Part shown: one piece after another, positions 8,657-19,049 of the stretch
How positions within the stretch are numbered: position 1 is the first letter of the stretch
How the letters are laid out: every line of letters begins with the position of its first letter
Source of the DNA: Prevotella sp.
GTDB taxonomy: Bacteria > Bacteroidota > Bacteroidia > Bacteroidales > Bacteroidaceae
Assembly (NCBI GenBank): GCA_017447515.1
Contig: JAFSNG010000042.1
Span: 7,186-71,185 of the forward strand
Length of the DNA: 64,000 bases
Reading direction: 5' to 3'
Made by a program: the position numbers and the translations under genes
The notes under the pieces: generated by a model
What the model saw: the letters and a program-made list of their open reading frames with translations, nothing else
Database searches by the model: none
What the model was told of the DNA's origin: nothing

Positions 8657-11641
8657 ATGAAAAAACTATTATTGACATGCTGCCTCGTCCTGACAACAAT
8701 GGGCGTTATGGCACAAAAGTGGGAAGGACTGGCTGACACGCCGCAGATGGGATGGAGCACATGGAACAAATTCCAAGGTAACATCTCGGAGGACATTATT
8801 AAGGGCATTGCCGACGCCATGGTCGAAAGCGGATTGCGCGATGCAGGCTATGTGTACATCAACATTGACGACTGCTGGCACGGCAAGCGCGACGCTGACG
8901 GCTTCATCCAGACCGACCCTGTCCGCTTCCCTCATGGCATGAAGGCCGTGGCTGACTACGTACACAAGAAAGGACTGAAACTGGGCATCTACAGCGATGC
9001 AGGCACGGCCACCTGTGCCGGTATGCCGGGCTCGCTGGGTCACGAATACCAGGATGCCGTCCAATATGCCCGCTGGGGTGTCGACTACCTGAAATACGAC
9101 TGGTGTAACACCACGAACGTCAATCCGCAGGGTGCCTATCAACTCATCAGCGATGCCCTGCGCGCTGCCGGCCGTCCCATTCTGCTGAGCATGTGCGAAT
9201 GGGGTAATAGCAAACCTTGGCGGTGGGCTCGCGACGTAGGTCACTCGTGGCGCACCACGCCCGATATCTGGTGCGATTTCGATTCGCTGCGCGTATTTCC
9301 CGGCTACACCCAGTTTGGTGTCATGCAGTGCATCGAGCTCAACGACACGCTGCGCCAGTATGCCGGTCGCGGTCATTGGAACGACCCCGACATGCTGGAA
9401 GTGGGCAATGGCATGACGGAGAACGAGGACCGCGCCCACTTCACCATGTGGTGTATGATGGCCAGTCCGCTCATTCTCGGCAACGACGTGCGCTCGATGA
9501 GCGAAGCCACGCGTAACATCATCATGAACCGCGAGATGATTGCCGTCGACCAAGACGCGCTGGGCATTCAGGGACTGCACTACTGCGACCGCGACGGCTT
9601 GCAGTTCTGGTTCAAGCCGCTGGCTGGCGGCGACTGGGCATTCACCATCCTCAACCCCACCCGTCAGGACATCACGTTCGAACTGAACTGGCAGGACTTC
9701 AACCTCACCGATCGCGAAGTCAGCGGACTTAGTACCGCCTTCGACACCAAGGTCTATCAGGTATACAACCTCTGGACCCACAAGCTGGAGGGCAAGACGT
9801 CGCTGAAGAACAAAGCCGACCGCAAGCTCACCGTCAAGGCTCGCGACGTGATATCCTACAGGCTAAAAGCGACAGAGGTGTCGCTGTTACAAAATGTGCA
9901 GGCCTACAAGAGCATGTCGCTGAACGGCGACTGGCATTATATCGTTGACGTACAGGAAGAGGGTTACTACGACTACCGCATGAATCCTACGCGCTGGGGA
10001 TTCTTTCAGAACGCGAAGCCCCAACGTCCTGAGGACCTCATCGAATACGACTTCGACAAATCGCCTACAATGCACATTCCCTCCGACTGGAATACACAGG
10101 ACGGGCAGCTTTTTTTTTACGAGGGAACGGTATGGTTTAAGACCAGTTTTCAGGCTGCACCCATGCAGGACTGCCGCACACTGCTCTACTTCGGTGCCGT
10201 CAACTACGACTGTCACGTGTATGTGAACAGCACACATGTGGGTCACCATATCGGTGGTTTCACACCCTTCAACTACGATGTCAGCGACCTGTTGAAGGAG
10301 GGTGAGAATACGATTATTGTGAAGGTGGATAACAAACGCCATGCTGAGGATGTGCCTACACAAATCTTCGACTGGTGGAACTATGGCGGCATTACGCGCG
10401 ATGTGAAGTTAGTGAAGCTGCCCAAGACCTACATTGAGGACTACACCCTCAATATGGTCGGTGGTTCCCCCACCGGCACCAAAGCCAAGAAGCAGAAGCT
10501 TAGCTTTACAGCCCAGCTGAACAGACAGGAAGCCGGCCACAAGGTGACCGTCAGCATACCCGAACTGAAACTACAGCATCAACTCATCACCGATGCCGAT
10601 GGAAAAGTTCGTTCAACGTTTAACGTTCAACGTTCAGCGTTACAGCTCTGGAGCCCAGACAGTCCCAAACGCTACCGCGTAGACATTAGCGTGGAAGATG
10701 ATTCGTTCGCCTCCACCATCACCGATTCCATAGGTTTCCGCACCATCGAGACACGTGGCAAAGAGATACTGCTCAACGGCAAGCCCATCTTCCTGAAAGG
10801 TATCTCCATCCACAACGAAAAACCCAACGGCGGCGGACGCGCCAATAGCGTTGAGGATGCCCGCACGCTGCTCTCGTGGGCCAAAGAACTGGGGTGCAAC
10901 TTCGTTCGTCTGGCGCACTATCCACACCACGAGGAAATGGTTCGCGAAGCCGAACGCATGGGTATTCTTGTATGGTCGGAGATTCCCGTCTACTGGACCA
11001 TTGCCTGGAACAATCCCAAGACATTCGACAATGCCAAGGCACAGCTGACAGACATGATACGCCGCGACCACAACCGCGCGAACGTCATCATCTGGAGTAT
11101 TGCCAACGAAACACCGCATTCAAAAGAGCGCGATGCATTCCTGAGTCGCTTGGCACAATATGCCCGCTCGCTGGACAACACCCGCCTCATTTCGATGGCT
11201 ATGGAGGTGACCAGTGCCTCGAACTACGTCAATCGACTGAACGACAACATGAACCAGTATGTCGATGTGGTCAGTTTCAACCAGTATATCGGCTGGTATC
11301 GCGACGTAAATGACGCGCCGAAGATGCGGTGGGAGATTCCCTACGACAAACCCGTCATCATCAGCGAGTTTGGCGGTGGAGCCCGCTATGGTCTGCATGG
11401 CGACAAGAACCAGCGCTGGACAGAGGAATTCCAGGAGAATCTCTACATCGAGAACCTTGCCATGATTGACAAGATAGAGGGTCTCGCCGGCACGACACCC
11501 TGGATCCTGAAAGACTTCCGCTCACCGCGCCGCGTGCTGCCCGGCGTGCAGGACTATTACAACCGCAAAGGTCTTGTCAGCGACAAGGGAGAGAAGAAAA
11601 AAGCCTTCTACGTACTCAAGGAATGGTATGAGAGCAAATAG
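8657..11641 (+). CDS. fused GH27 alpha-galactosidase + GH2 beta-glucuronidase-like hydrolase
   Basis: N-half: TPQMGWSTWN, NIDDCW, YLKYDWC, WNDPDMLEVGN. C-half: RLAHYPH, WSIANE, IISEFG, YNRKGL. One continuous 994-aa ORF. Confidence 0.9.
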   Translation: MKKLLLTCCLVLTTMGVMAQKWEGLADTPQMGWSTWNKFQGNISEDIIKGIADAMVESGLRDAGYVYINIDDCWHGKRDADGFIQTDPVRFPHGMKAVADYVHKKGLKLGIYSDAGTATCAGMPGSLGHEYQDAVQYARWGVDYLKYDWCNTTNVNPQGAYQLISDALRAAGRPILLSMCEWGNSKPWRWARDVGHSWRTTPDIWCDFDSLRVFPGYTQFGVMQCIELNDTLRQYAGRGHWNDPDMLEVGNGMTENEDRAHFTMWCMMASPLILGNDVRSMSEATRNIIMNREMIAVDQDALGIQGLHYCDRDGLQFWFKPLAGGDWAFTILNPTRQDITFELNWQDFNLTDREVSGLSTAFDTKVYQVYNLWTHKLEGKTSLKNKADRKLTVKARDVISYRLKATEVSLLQNVQAYKSMSLNGDWHYIVDVQEEGYYDYRMNPTRWGFFQNAKPQRPEDLIEYDFDKSPTMHIPSDWNTQDGQLFFYEGTVWFKTSFQAAPMQDCRTLLYFGAVNYDCHVYVNSTHVGHHIGGFTPFNYDVSDLLKEGENTIIVKVDNKRHAEDVPTQIFDWWNYGGITRDVKLVKLPKTYIEDYTLNMVGGSPTGTKAKKQKLSFTAQLNRQEAGHKVTVSIPELKLQHQLITDADGKVRSTFNVQRSALQLWSPDSPKRYRVDISVEDDSFASTITDSIGFRTIETRGKEILLNGKPIFLKGISIHNEKPNGGGRANSVEDARTLLSWAKELGCNFVRLAHYPHHEEMVREAERMGILVWSEIPVYWTIAWNNPKTFDNAKAQLTDMIRRDHNRANVIIWSIANETPHSKERDAFLSRLAQYARSLDNTRLISMAMEVTSASNYVNRLNDNMNQYVDVVSFNQYIGWYRDVNDAPKMRWEIPYDKPVIISEFGGGARYGLHGDKNQRWTEEFQENLYIENLAMIDKIEGLAGTTPWILKDFRSPRRVLPGVQDYYNRKGLVSDKGEKKKAFYVLKEWYESK

Positions 11642-11657
11642 AAACTAAACTTACTGT

Positions 11658-11684
11658 TTGAGCCCACTAAAGAAGTGGGCTCAA
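11658..11684. terminator. bidirectional terminator hairpin
   Basis: TTGAGCCCACT-AAAGA-AGTGGGCTCAA between convergent genes. Confidence 0.8.
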
Positions 11685-11693
11685 TTACTATAT

Positions 11694-14600
11694 TTACTTG
11701 TTTTCGTTCATGTATTCGCGGGGAGACATGCCGTAGAACTTCTTGAAAATGGTGGAGAAGGAGGCGGCATTGTTGAAACCGCAGGCGTACATGACTTCAG
11801 TGATGTTCATATTGTGGGAGGCCAGTAGATTAGCGGCCTGCTTGAGACGGATGTTGCGGATGAAGTCGTGAGGTGTCTGTCCGGTGAGCTCTTTCATCTT
11901 GCGGTGAAGGTGGACACGGCTGATACCGACTTCCTCGGCAATGCTGTCGACGCTGAGGTCGCTGTTGCCGATATTTTTGTTGATGACCTTCATGACGCGT
12001 TCAAGCAGCTGTTCGTCGGGCGACTTCATCTTGACGTCGTCGACCTGTTCTTCGAGCAGGTCGTTGCGGCCGTACTTCATGCGCAGCAACTGGTGGGTAT
12101 GAACGAGGTTGATGATGGTGCGGCGCAGGATGTCCATATTGAAGGGTTTCATGATGTAGGCGTCGGCACCCATCTCGAGACCTTCCAACTGGTCCTCGTC
12201 GCGGCTCTTGGCGGTGAGCAGGATGACGGGGATGTGGCTGGTGGCAGGATTAGTCTTGATGGTCTGACACATGGTGTTGCCGTCCATTTCGGGCATCATG
12301 ACGTCGGAGATGACGAGGTCGGGGATGACCTTCAACACGGTGCTGAGACCTATGCGACCATTCTCGCAGGTGGTGATGTCGTAGTCGGGCGACAACTCGG
12401 TCTGGAGGAATTCGAGGATTTCGGAGTCGTCCTCGACGAGCACGATATGGTGGCGGCGGCTGACCTTGGGCAGCTCTGCAGCGGCCTCGGCGGCATCGTC
12501 AGCGGTTTCGAGCTCATTGATGAGGCTGGTGGCTTCTGTAGCTACGGGCGGAACGTCCTCGTCGATGATTTCCTCGGGTTTGAGGTGGGCATAGCCCAGC
12601 GGGATGGTGACGATGAACTCGGCGCCTTTCCCGTCGTCATTGTTCTGGGCTTTGATGGTGCCGTGGTGGAGTTCGACGAGTGAGCGTGTGAGGTCGAGGC
12701 CGATGCCTGTGCCTGTGTTACGGTCGTTGGCATGGGTAGGTGTCTGATAGAAGCGTTCGAAGATGCGTTCGAGCTTATCGGCAGGGATGCCATCGCCTGT
12801 GTCGCGGATAGCTATGCGTACGTTCTTGTCGTCGTGGGTGAGGCGGATATGTACCTTTCCGCCAGCAGGTGTGAACTTGAAGGCGTTAGAGAGGAGATTA
12901 ACGATGACTTTGTCGAAATTGTCGCGGTCAATCCATACGGGCAGGTCTTGGGTGTCGTGTTTGAAGGTGAACTGGATGTTCTTGGCCTTGGCCTGCTGGG
13001 AGAAGAGAGTGTAGATGTCGCCAATGAAGGATACAAGCTCGGTTTCGCACATGTGCATCTGCATCTGGCCCTTGTCAATCTTACGCAGGTCCATCATCTG
13101 GTTGATGAGTCCGAGTATGCGCTCGGCATTGCGGCGGATAGTCTCGTAGACGCTGCGGCGATGGACGTCGTCGTCTTGCTTGATGAGCGACATCAGGGGG
13201 GTGACGATGAGCGTCATAGGGGTACGAATCTCATGTGAGATATTCATGAAGAACTTCAACTTGGCATCGGCCATTTCCTCGGCATGGATGTGCTCCTGCA
13301 AGCGCAGATGGTCCTGTTCCTTGCGGTGATGCTGATAACGGTAGCGCAGGAAGAGAGCCACAAGGGCAAGGATGTAGCAGGCGTAGGCAAAGGGCGTGCG
13401 ATACCAGGGTGCATGGATGACGACACGGAAGCAGCGCTCGGGTGTGGAGATGCCGTTCTGCTCGGCAACGACGCAGAAGTCGTAGTTGCCTGGCGAAAGG
13501 TGGGAGAAGGTCATTTCGTTGACGCCTGGCTGCATGCGTACCCACTCCTCGTTATTGATGCGATAGCGGTAAACGATATGTTCAGGATTGTCGTAGGTCA
13601 GCGTGGACAGTTCGATGCCGAAGGTGTTGTCGCTGGAACTGAGCACAAACTGGTCGGCATTGATGACTGGGGTGTTCGCCACCTTCCAGAAGCCGGACAT
13701 AGTGGCGGTGGTAACGGGCTCGCCATTCACTTTAAAGCCTGTCAGCTTTACCTCTGCATTCCATTTGTGCTCTCGAATTTCTGAGGGGTTGAACCACGTC
13801 ACGCCTGCCAGACCGCCAAACACCATCAGTCCGTTAGGCCCCACCCACGAGGCACCATCGCTGAACTCGTTGGACTGCAGGCCGTTGTCGACAAAATAGC
13901 TGTTGGTCTGACCCGTCTTGGGGTCGAGACAGCACAGACCGTGATCGGTGGAAATCCACAGGCGACCCCTGTTGTCCTGCTCGATGGAGGCGATACCGTT
14001 GTCGGTAAGACCGCTTTCGAGGTTTCTAACTTCCATCTTATGGGTCTTGGGGTCATAACACTGCAAGCCGTCGTTAGTGCCGATGTAGAGGATGCCTCCA
14101 TACTCTCGTGCGATACGTGTAGGCTTGCCGTAGTTCAGACAGTTCTGACCGAATGTCGACAGCCAGTTCTCGGTTTTGATCTCCATGGCACAGAGACCCA
14201 TGGACGTGGCACAATAGATGTGCTTGCCATCGGGCGAGATGGATATCTGCGAAAGGTAGTCGTTGGCAATACTGTTTATCTTGTGGTTTTCCGAGGCATT
14301 GTCCTTCTGGTCGTAGACCTTTATGTCGCCAGTCTCAGCATTCAGGCGCAGCAGACCATTGCCCATGGTAGCCAGCCAGATGTTACCCTCGCGGTCGCAT
14401 TCCAAATCGAAGATACTGGTCGTGGCACCCTGGGGCAAGGGGTAAGGATGATAGGTCATGCTCTTGACATCGATATAGCCCAGTCCCTCCTTATAGGTTC
14501 CCAGCCAGATGCGTCCCTTCAAGTCTTCGCAGAGTGACAAGACGGTGGCAGGAAAGTTTTCCTTGAAGTGCTTGACAGCTTTGGTGTTATCGTCCATGCA

Positions 14601-15689
14601 GTAGAGTCCGTCGCGGTCGGTGCCTATCCAGTGGTATCCATTCGAGCCGCCCACTACGCTGGTAACGCAGGCCGTGCCGATGGTATTCTTCGACCCCAAC
14701 TTGTAACCCATATAGCCGAAACCCATGGCATGGCCAGGCTGCATGTATATACCTTTCTGCAATAGTCCGAGCCACACGTTGCCGTTGCGGTCCTCGCAGA
14801 TGGAGTAGACCTTCGCCGTGCTCAGGTCGACGTCACGGCTGAAATAGGGATTGTCACGCAGATAGTTGTTCTTGGGATCGTAGATGGCTAGTCCCGAACC
14901 ATCGTAACCCAGCATGATGTGCTGGCGGCGATTGACATACAGCGTGGAGATGTGTTTGTTGCCTGTGGCCTCGATATGGACAGGCGTATCACCATCGAGG
15001 CGGTAAAGGCCATGATTGGTGGTGCCGACATAGAAGTCGCCATTGCTGTCTTCGCAAATATCGAAGATGGTGTGCTGATGCTCCTCATCCTGGAAATAGC
15101 GCTTGATCTGGTTGCCGTCCCAACGCCACAGCCCCTGGTCGTCGGAGATAATCCAAAGATTGCCCTGACTGTCTTCCATCAAACGGTGTATGGACTTGGC
15201 CTCTCGCAGACGTTTGTCCATTTCTCGGGCTTCCTGCTGACCATTCATTTTCAACACACCATGGCCTGACGTACCTACCAGGATATCTCCATTGCGACGC
15301 TCAATCAGCGAGGTGACGTAGCAGGGAACGGAAATGCCGTCAACGCTGTAGGTCATGACATCATGGAAACGCTCGCCGTCGTACGTCTGCAGCGCTCCGT
15401 ACATGCCCACATAGAACAGTCCGTTGTGATCCTGCATCATGCAGTTGACGTGGTTGCTGGCCATGCCGAGGTCCTTGCCGGACTCTTTCTTCAGGATGCG
15501 GAACTGGTAACCGTCGTAGCGGTTCAAGCCGTTACGCGTGGCAATCCAAATGAAACCATCGTGGTCGATGTATATTTGTGTTGTGAAACTGCTTGACATC
15601 TGTTTGTCAGCGTCAAACAATTTACCCATCTGGGCGTGGGTGCTCAGAGATATCAATAGTAAAAGTGAGATAAGAACTTTACACTTCAT
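11694..15689 (-). CDS. hybrid two-component system (beta-propeller/Y_Y_Y sensor, HisKA, HATPase, REC, AraC)
   Basis: Reg_prop repeats, TM helix, ISHEIRTP, NLLSNAFKF, GTGIGL, SDVMMP, C-terminal AraC HTH. Confidence 0.95.
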   Translation of the reverse strand: MKCKVLISLLLLISLSTHAQMGKLFDADKQMSSSFTTQIYIDHDGFIWIATRNGLNRYDGYQFRILKKESGKDLGMASNHVNCMMQDHNGLFYVGMYGALQTYDGERFHDVMTYSVDGISVPCYVTSLIERRNGDILVGTSGHGVLKMNGQQEAREMDKRLREAKSIHRLMEDSQGNLWIISDDQGLWRWDGNQIKRYFQDEEHQHTIFDICEDSNGDFYVGTTNHGLYRLDGDTPVHIEATGNKHISTLYVNRRQHIMLGYDGSGLAIYDPKNNYLRDNPYFSRDVDLSTAKVYSICEDRNGNVWLGLLQKGIYMQPGHAMGFGYMGYKLGSKNTIGTACVTSVVGGSNGYHWIGTDRDGLYCMDDNTKAVKHFKENFPATVLSLCEDLKGRIWLGTYKEGLGYIDVKSMTYHPYPLPQGATTSIFDLECDREGNIWLATMGNGLLRLNAETGDIKVYDQKDNASENHKINSIANDYLSQISISPDGKHIYCATSMGLCAMEIKTENWLSTFGQNCLNYGKPTRIAREYGGILYIGTNDGLQCYDPKTHKMEVRNLESGLTDNGIASIEQDNRGRLWISTDHGLCCLDPKTGQTNSYFVDNGLQSNEFSDGASWVGPNGLMVFGGLAGVTWFNPSEIREHKWNAEVKLTGFKVNGEPVTTATMSGFWKVANTPVINADQFVLSSSDNTFGIELSTLTYDNPEHIVYRYRINNEEWVRMQPGVNEMTFSHLSPGNYDFCVVAEQNGISTPERCFRVVIHAPWYRTPFAYACYILALVALFLRYRYQHHRKEQDHLRLQEHIHAEEMADAKLKFFMNISHEIRTPMTLIVTPLMSLIKQDDDVHRRSVYETIRRNAERILGLINQMMDLRKIDKGQMQMHMCETELVSFIGDIYTLFSQQAKAKNIQFTFKHDTQDLPVWIDRDNFDKVIVNLLSNAFKFTPAGGKVHIRLTHDDKNVRIAIRDTGDGIPADKLERIFERFYQTPTHANDRNTGTGIGLDLTRSLVELHHGTIKAQNNDDGKGAEFIVTIPLGYAHLKPEEIIDEDVPPVATEATSLINELETADDAAEAAAELPKVSRRHHIVLVEDDSEILEFLQTELSPDYDITTCENGRIGLSTVLKVIPDLVISDVMMPEMDGNTMCQTIKTNPATSHIPVILLTAKSRDEDQLEGLEMGADAYIMKPFNMDILRRTIINLVHTHQLLRMKYGRNDLLEEQVDDVKMKSPDEQLLERVMKVINKNIGNSDLSVDSIAEEVGISRVHLHRKMKELTGQTPHDFIRNIRLKQAANLLASHNMNITEVMYACGFNNAASFSTIFKKFYGMSPREYMNENK

Positions 15690-15771
15690 GTCGTAATATC
15701 AAGTTAGTCGGTCTTGTAATCTGCGTGCAAAGTTAAGCAATTTGACAGAAAACACCAAAAAAAACATAAAC

Positions 15772-15814
15772 TTTATCTCACGTAACACAAAAAAAACAGG
15801 TTACGTGAGATAAA
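15772..15814. terminator. perfect 15-bp inverted repeat (terminator and/or operator)
   Basis: TTTATCTCACGTAAC-N13-GTTACGTGAGATAAA between the GH43 stop and the HTCS promoter. Confidence 0.6.
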
Positions 15815-15841
15815 AAACGAGTATGAATAGTGCAGTTTTAA

Positions 15842-17491
15842 CTATTTTTCAGTGACGCTGTAGTCGAAGCTATCAACATCGACCCAGCCGCCCAGACGCT
15901 TGGTGGCATAGTTGAAAATGCCAAACTTGCTGCCCATGAAGAAGCGCTGCCAGTCGAAACGCAAGCGGTATTCGCCGCCCTTCTGCGTCCATTCGTTGCC
16001 GTCGGTGCTATAGAAGAAGGTGGCCTTGTCGCCCTTGCCCGGGCGGAATTCGGCATCAATGCGCAGCCACACGATAGGAGATGTGAGTTCTACGCGGTCA
16101 ACGGTTTTCTCGTCGAAACCTTCCACAGCCTTCTCACGCTGCGTCAGTTTCACTTCCCATTCATCGAGTTCCAGCAGCCATTTGCGACCTTGTTTCTTTA
16201 CAGCCCAGGCACACGTCCTGTCGTTGAAGGCAGCAAAACCGGCAACGTCGCCATCCTTCATCTTCGACAGGTCGAGCTTGACGGCACCACTGCACGTAGG
16301 ACCTTCCATGCGCTGAGTCAGGGTGTTGGGAGCCAAATAAATATTGGGAACCACACGATTGGTCTTCAGGCGCAGCCATCCCGGACGTGCTGTCAAACTC
16401 CAGGCGTCGTCTACGGGATTGTGGTTCCACTGCCAGTGGAGACCGAGCTTGTCGCCATTGAAATCGTCGGCACAGACAATATGCGTTTCAGGTTCGCCAC
16501 TCTTCAGTGCACGGACATGCTCAGGCACAATACCTTCCTCGTCGCCTAACATGGGCCAACCGTCAATCCATCGGCAGGGCATCAGCGTGAGCACTCGGCC
16601 CACACCACCACGATCCTGGAAGATGATGCCATACCAGTCACCCCATTCGGTATCGACAATGGTGCCTTGTGCGAGATAGGAGAAACCGCCGAAAGGTGAC
16701 TGGAGGATGACCTTCTTCTCGTAAGGTCCGTGGATGTCGTCTGCACGGTAGCAAACCTCGCGGCGATGACGCCCAGGGGCATAGACGTGCGAAATCATAA
16801 GCAGATAGTACTTGCCGTTATGCTTGATGACACGCGAACCCTCAAGAAGTCCCGTCTCGTCTTCTTCGCGTTGGAAGATGTGCTGATGGGTGCCCTCAAT
16901 GACATCGCTAAGGTCGGGTTTCAACTCCATCAGTTCACCTGTACCATATATGACATACACGCGATTGTCGTCGTCGAAGAACAGCGAGCAGTCGTGGAAA
17001 TGGCGCATGCGTGAGAGCAGCGTCCAAGGGCCTTCGGCCTTCTCTGCCGTGAAGATATAGGTGTCGCCCATCGCTCCTGCTTCATTGGGAGCCAGAAGGG
17101 CATAGAATCGTCCGTTATGGTATTTCAGCGACGTAGCCCACTGTCCGCGACCGTAGGCGGTGCCTTCTTTCAAGTCGTATTTGGGCGAGTCGGTCAGTTT
17201 GTCGAAGATGTAGCTCACCGTTTCCCAGTTCTTGAGGTCCTTCGACCGCATAACGGGAGCGCCGGGCATCAGATGCATCGTGGTACTGACCAAATAATAG
17301 GTATCTCCCACGCGTATAACATCGGGATCGGGCACGTCTGCCCACAGCATCGGGTTTGTTACGTAATCCTTCACGAGTTTGTCATCTGTATTAAACCCAT
17401 CAGGGCTGCTGGAACGCTTTCCAGCAGCTTCTGAGGTTACAAAACAAACTACTAATGATAATATTACTAAAACAAATCTCTTATTTCTCAT
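15842..17491 (-). CDS. GH43 xylosidase/arabinofuranosidase
   Basis: ATG at 17491 (MRNKRFVLV signal peptide); ADVPDPDVIRVG, STTMHLMPG, LEGS and AQG motifs. Confidence 0.9.
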   Translation of the reverse strand: MRNKRFVLVILSLVVCFVTSEAAGKRSSSPDGFNTDDKLVKDYVTNPMLWADVPDPDVIRVGDTYYLVSTTMHLMPGAPVMRSKDLKNWETVSYIFDKLTDSPKYDLKEGTAYGRGQWATSLKYHNGRFYALLAPNEAGAMGDTYIFTAEKAEGPWTLLSRMRHFHDCSLFFDDDNRVYVIYGTGELMELKPDLSDVIEGTHQHIFQREEDETGLLEGSRVIKHNGKYYLLMISHVYAPGRHRREVCYRADDIHGPYEKKVILQSPFGGFSYLAQGTIVDTEWGDWYGIIFQDRGGVGRVLTLMPCRWIDGWPMLGDEEGIVPEHVRALKSGEPETHIVCADDFNGDKLGLHWQWNHNPVDDAWSLTARPGWLRLKTNRVVPNIYLAPNTLTQRMEGPTCSGAVKLDLSKMKDGDVAGFAAFNDRTCAWAVKKQGRKWLLELDEWEVKLTQREKAVEGFDEKTVDRVELTSPIVWLRIDAEFRPGKGDKATFFYSTDGNEWTQKGGEYRLRFDWQRFFMGSKFGIFNYATKRLGGWVDVDSFDYSVTEK

Positions 17492-17566
17492 ATCTCTGTA
17501 TATATGCCGTTTTAGTTTTTTGACGCTGCAAAGATAAGGACAATTTTTGAAAGTGACATTACCTTG

Positions 17567-17595
17567 CGTTTCACAAACTTTATCATTTGTATCAT
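17567..17595 (-). promoter_or_regulatory. putative HTCS/AraC operator, copy 1
   Basis: ATGATACAAATGATAAAGTTTGTGAAACG, 30 nt upstream of the TATCTTTG -7 box. Confidence 0.65.
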
Positions 17596-17616
17596 TTAGT
17601 GTCAATTTTACAAAAA

Positions 17617-17660
17617 ATAAAAAACTCCCATCTTCTTGATAAAGAAAGACGGGAGTAAAA
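17617..17660 (-). terminator. intrinsic terminator of nhaD
   Basis: ACTCCCGTCTTTCTT...AAGAAGATGGGAGT followed by a T-run on the minus strand. Confidence 0.75.
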
Positions 17661-17677
17661 GTTTGTCTTTTAATGAG

Positions 17678-19009
17678 TTAGAAAAGGAACGTCTTTTCGA
17701 GCCAATAGGTCAGGATACCTGCCAGATAACCCACAAAGACGATCCACGTAATCTTCTTCATATACCAACCGAAGGTGATTTTCTCCAGTCCCATGACCAC
17801 CACGCCAGCCGCAGAACCGATGATGAGCATCGAACCACCGACACCGGCACAGTAGGCCAGCAGCTGCCAGAAGATGCCGTCGACAGCAAGGTCACCGGCA
17901 GCCTGAACAGGATACATACCCATGCAGCCAGCCACAAGCGGCACGTTGTCGACGATGGACGACAGCACACCGATGATGCCTGTGACAAGGTAGTGGTTGC
18001 CCTCGAAGGTAGCGTCGAGCCCTTTACCCAACATGGTGAGCACGCCGACCTCCTGCAATACGGCGACAGCCATGAGGATGCCGAGGAAGAACATGATGGT
18101 CGAGAGGTCTATCTTGGTCATGATGTCGCTTACGCGCTTGGCCATGGTGTCGTCCTCAGCGGTGTTGTAGTGGAAAATCTCCGTTGTGGTCCACAGGATG
18201 CCCAGTACGAGCAGGATGCCCATAAACGGCGGCAGGTGGGTCAGCGTCTTGAAAATAGGTACGAAGATGAGTCCACCGACGCCCAGCCAGAAGATGATGT
18301 CGCGCTGGGTTTTCGTAAACTGGCTCACATCGGCCTTCGGCAGGTTCTGCTCCTTGTCGAACTTCCCTTTGAGTTGCAGGCTGAGGATGAATGCCGGGAT
18401 GAGCATGGAAACCAGCGAGGGGATGAAAATCTCGCTGAGCACGCCCTGTGTGGTGATGACGCCCTTGATCCACAGCATGATGGTCGTCACGTCCCCAATG
18501 GGCGAGAAGGCACCGCCGCTGTTGGCAGAGATGATGACCAGTGCAGCATAGATCATGCGGTCGCCACGGCTCTGCACCAGCTTCCTCAGCACCATAATCA
18601 TCACAATCGATGTGGTGAGATTGTCGAGGATGGCCGACAGGAAGAAGGTCATAAAGGCCATACGCCACATGAGCTTGCGCTTCGAACGGGTCTTCAGCGT
18701 GTCGCGAACGAAGTTGAAGCCACCGTTGGAGTCGACAATTTCGACGATGGTCATAGCACCCATCAGGAAGAACAGCGTACCTGCTGCATCACCCAAATGG
18801 TGTTCAATGACCTCGGCAATGTGATGGATGACACCACCGTCGGCAATCTCAGGATAATAGGCTGCGGGACCACACATCAGCAGGGTCCAGCAACCTACAC
18901 ACATGAGCAGGGCAATAGCAGCCTTGTTCACTCTTGTCAGGCTCTCAAGGGCTATGCACAGATAGCCGATGACGAAGACCGTGACAATACAAATTGTTAA
19001 AGTAGACAT
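17678..19009 (-). CDS. nhaD: Na+/H+ antiporter NhaD
   Basis: FFLMGAMTIVE, LSAILDNLTT, ANSGGAFSPIGDVTT, SSIVDNVPLV, GGSMLIIGSAAG. Confidence 0.92.
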   Translation of the reverse strand: MSTLTICIVTVFVIGYLCIALESLTRVNKAAIALLMCVGCWTLLMCGPAAYYPEIADGGVIHHIAEVIEHHLGDAAGTLFFLMGAMTIVEIVDSNGGFNFVRDTLKTRSKRKLMWRMAFMTFFLSAILDNLTTSIVMIMVLRKLVQSRGDRMIYAALVIISANSGGAFSPIGDVTTIMLWIKGVITTQGVLSEIFIPSLVSMLIPAFILSLQLKGKFDKEQNLPKADVSQFTKTQRDIIFWLGVGGLIFVPIFKTLTHLPPFMGILLVLGILWTTTEIFHYNTAEDDTMAKRVSDIMTKIDLSTIMFFLGILMAVAVLQEVGVLTMLGKGLDATFEGNHYLVTGIIGVLSSIVDNVPLVAGCMGMYPVQAAGDLAVDGIFWQLLAYCAGVGGSMLIIGSAAGVVVMGLEKITFGWYMKKITWIVFVGYLAGILTYWLEKTFLF

Positions 19010-19049
19010 TGTAATTGTTTTGTTATTTCGTAGTTACATTTTCACGATA

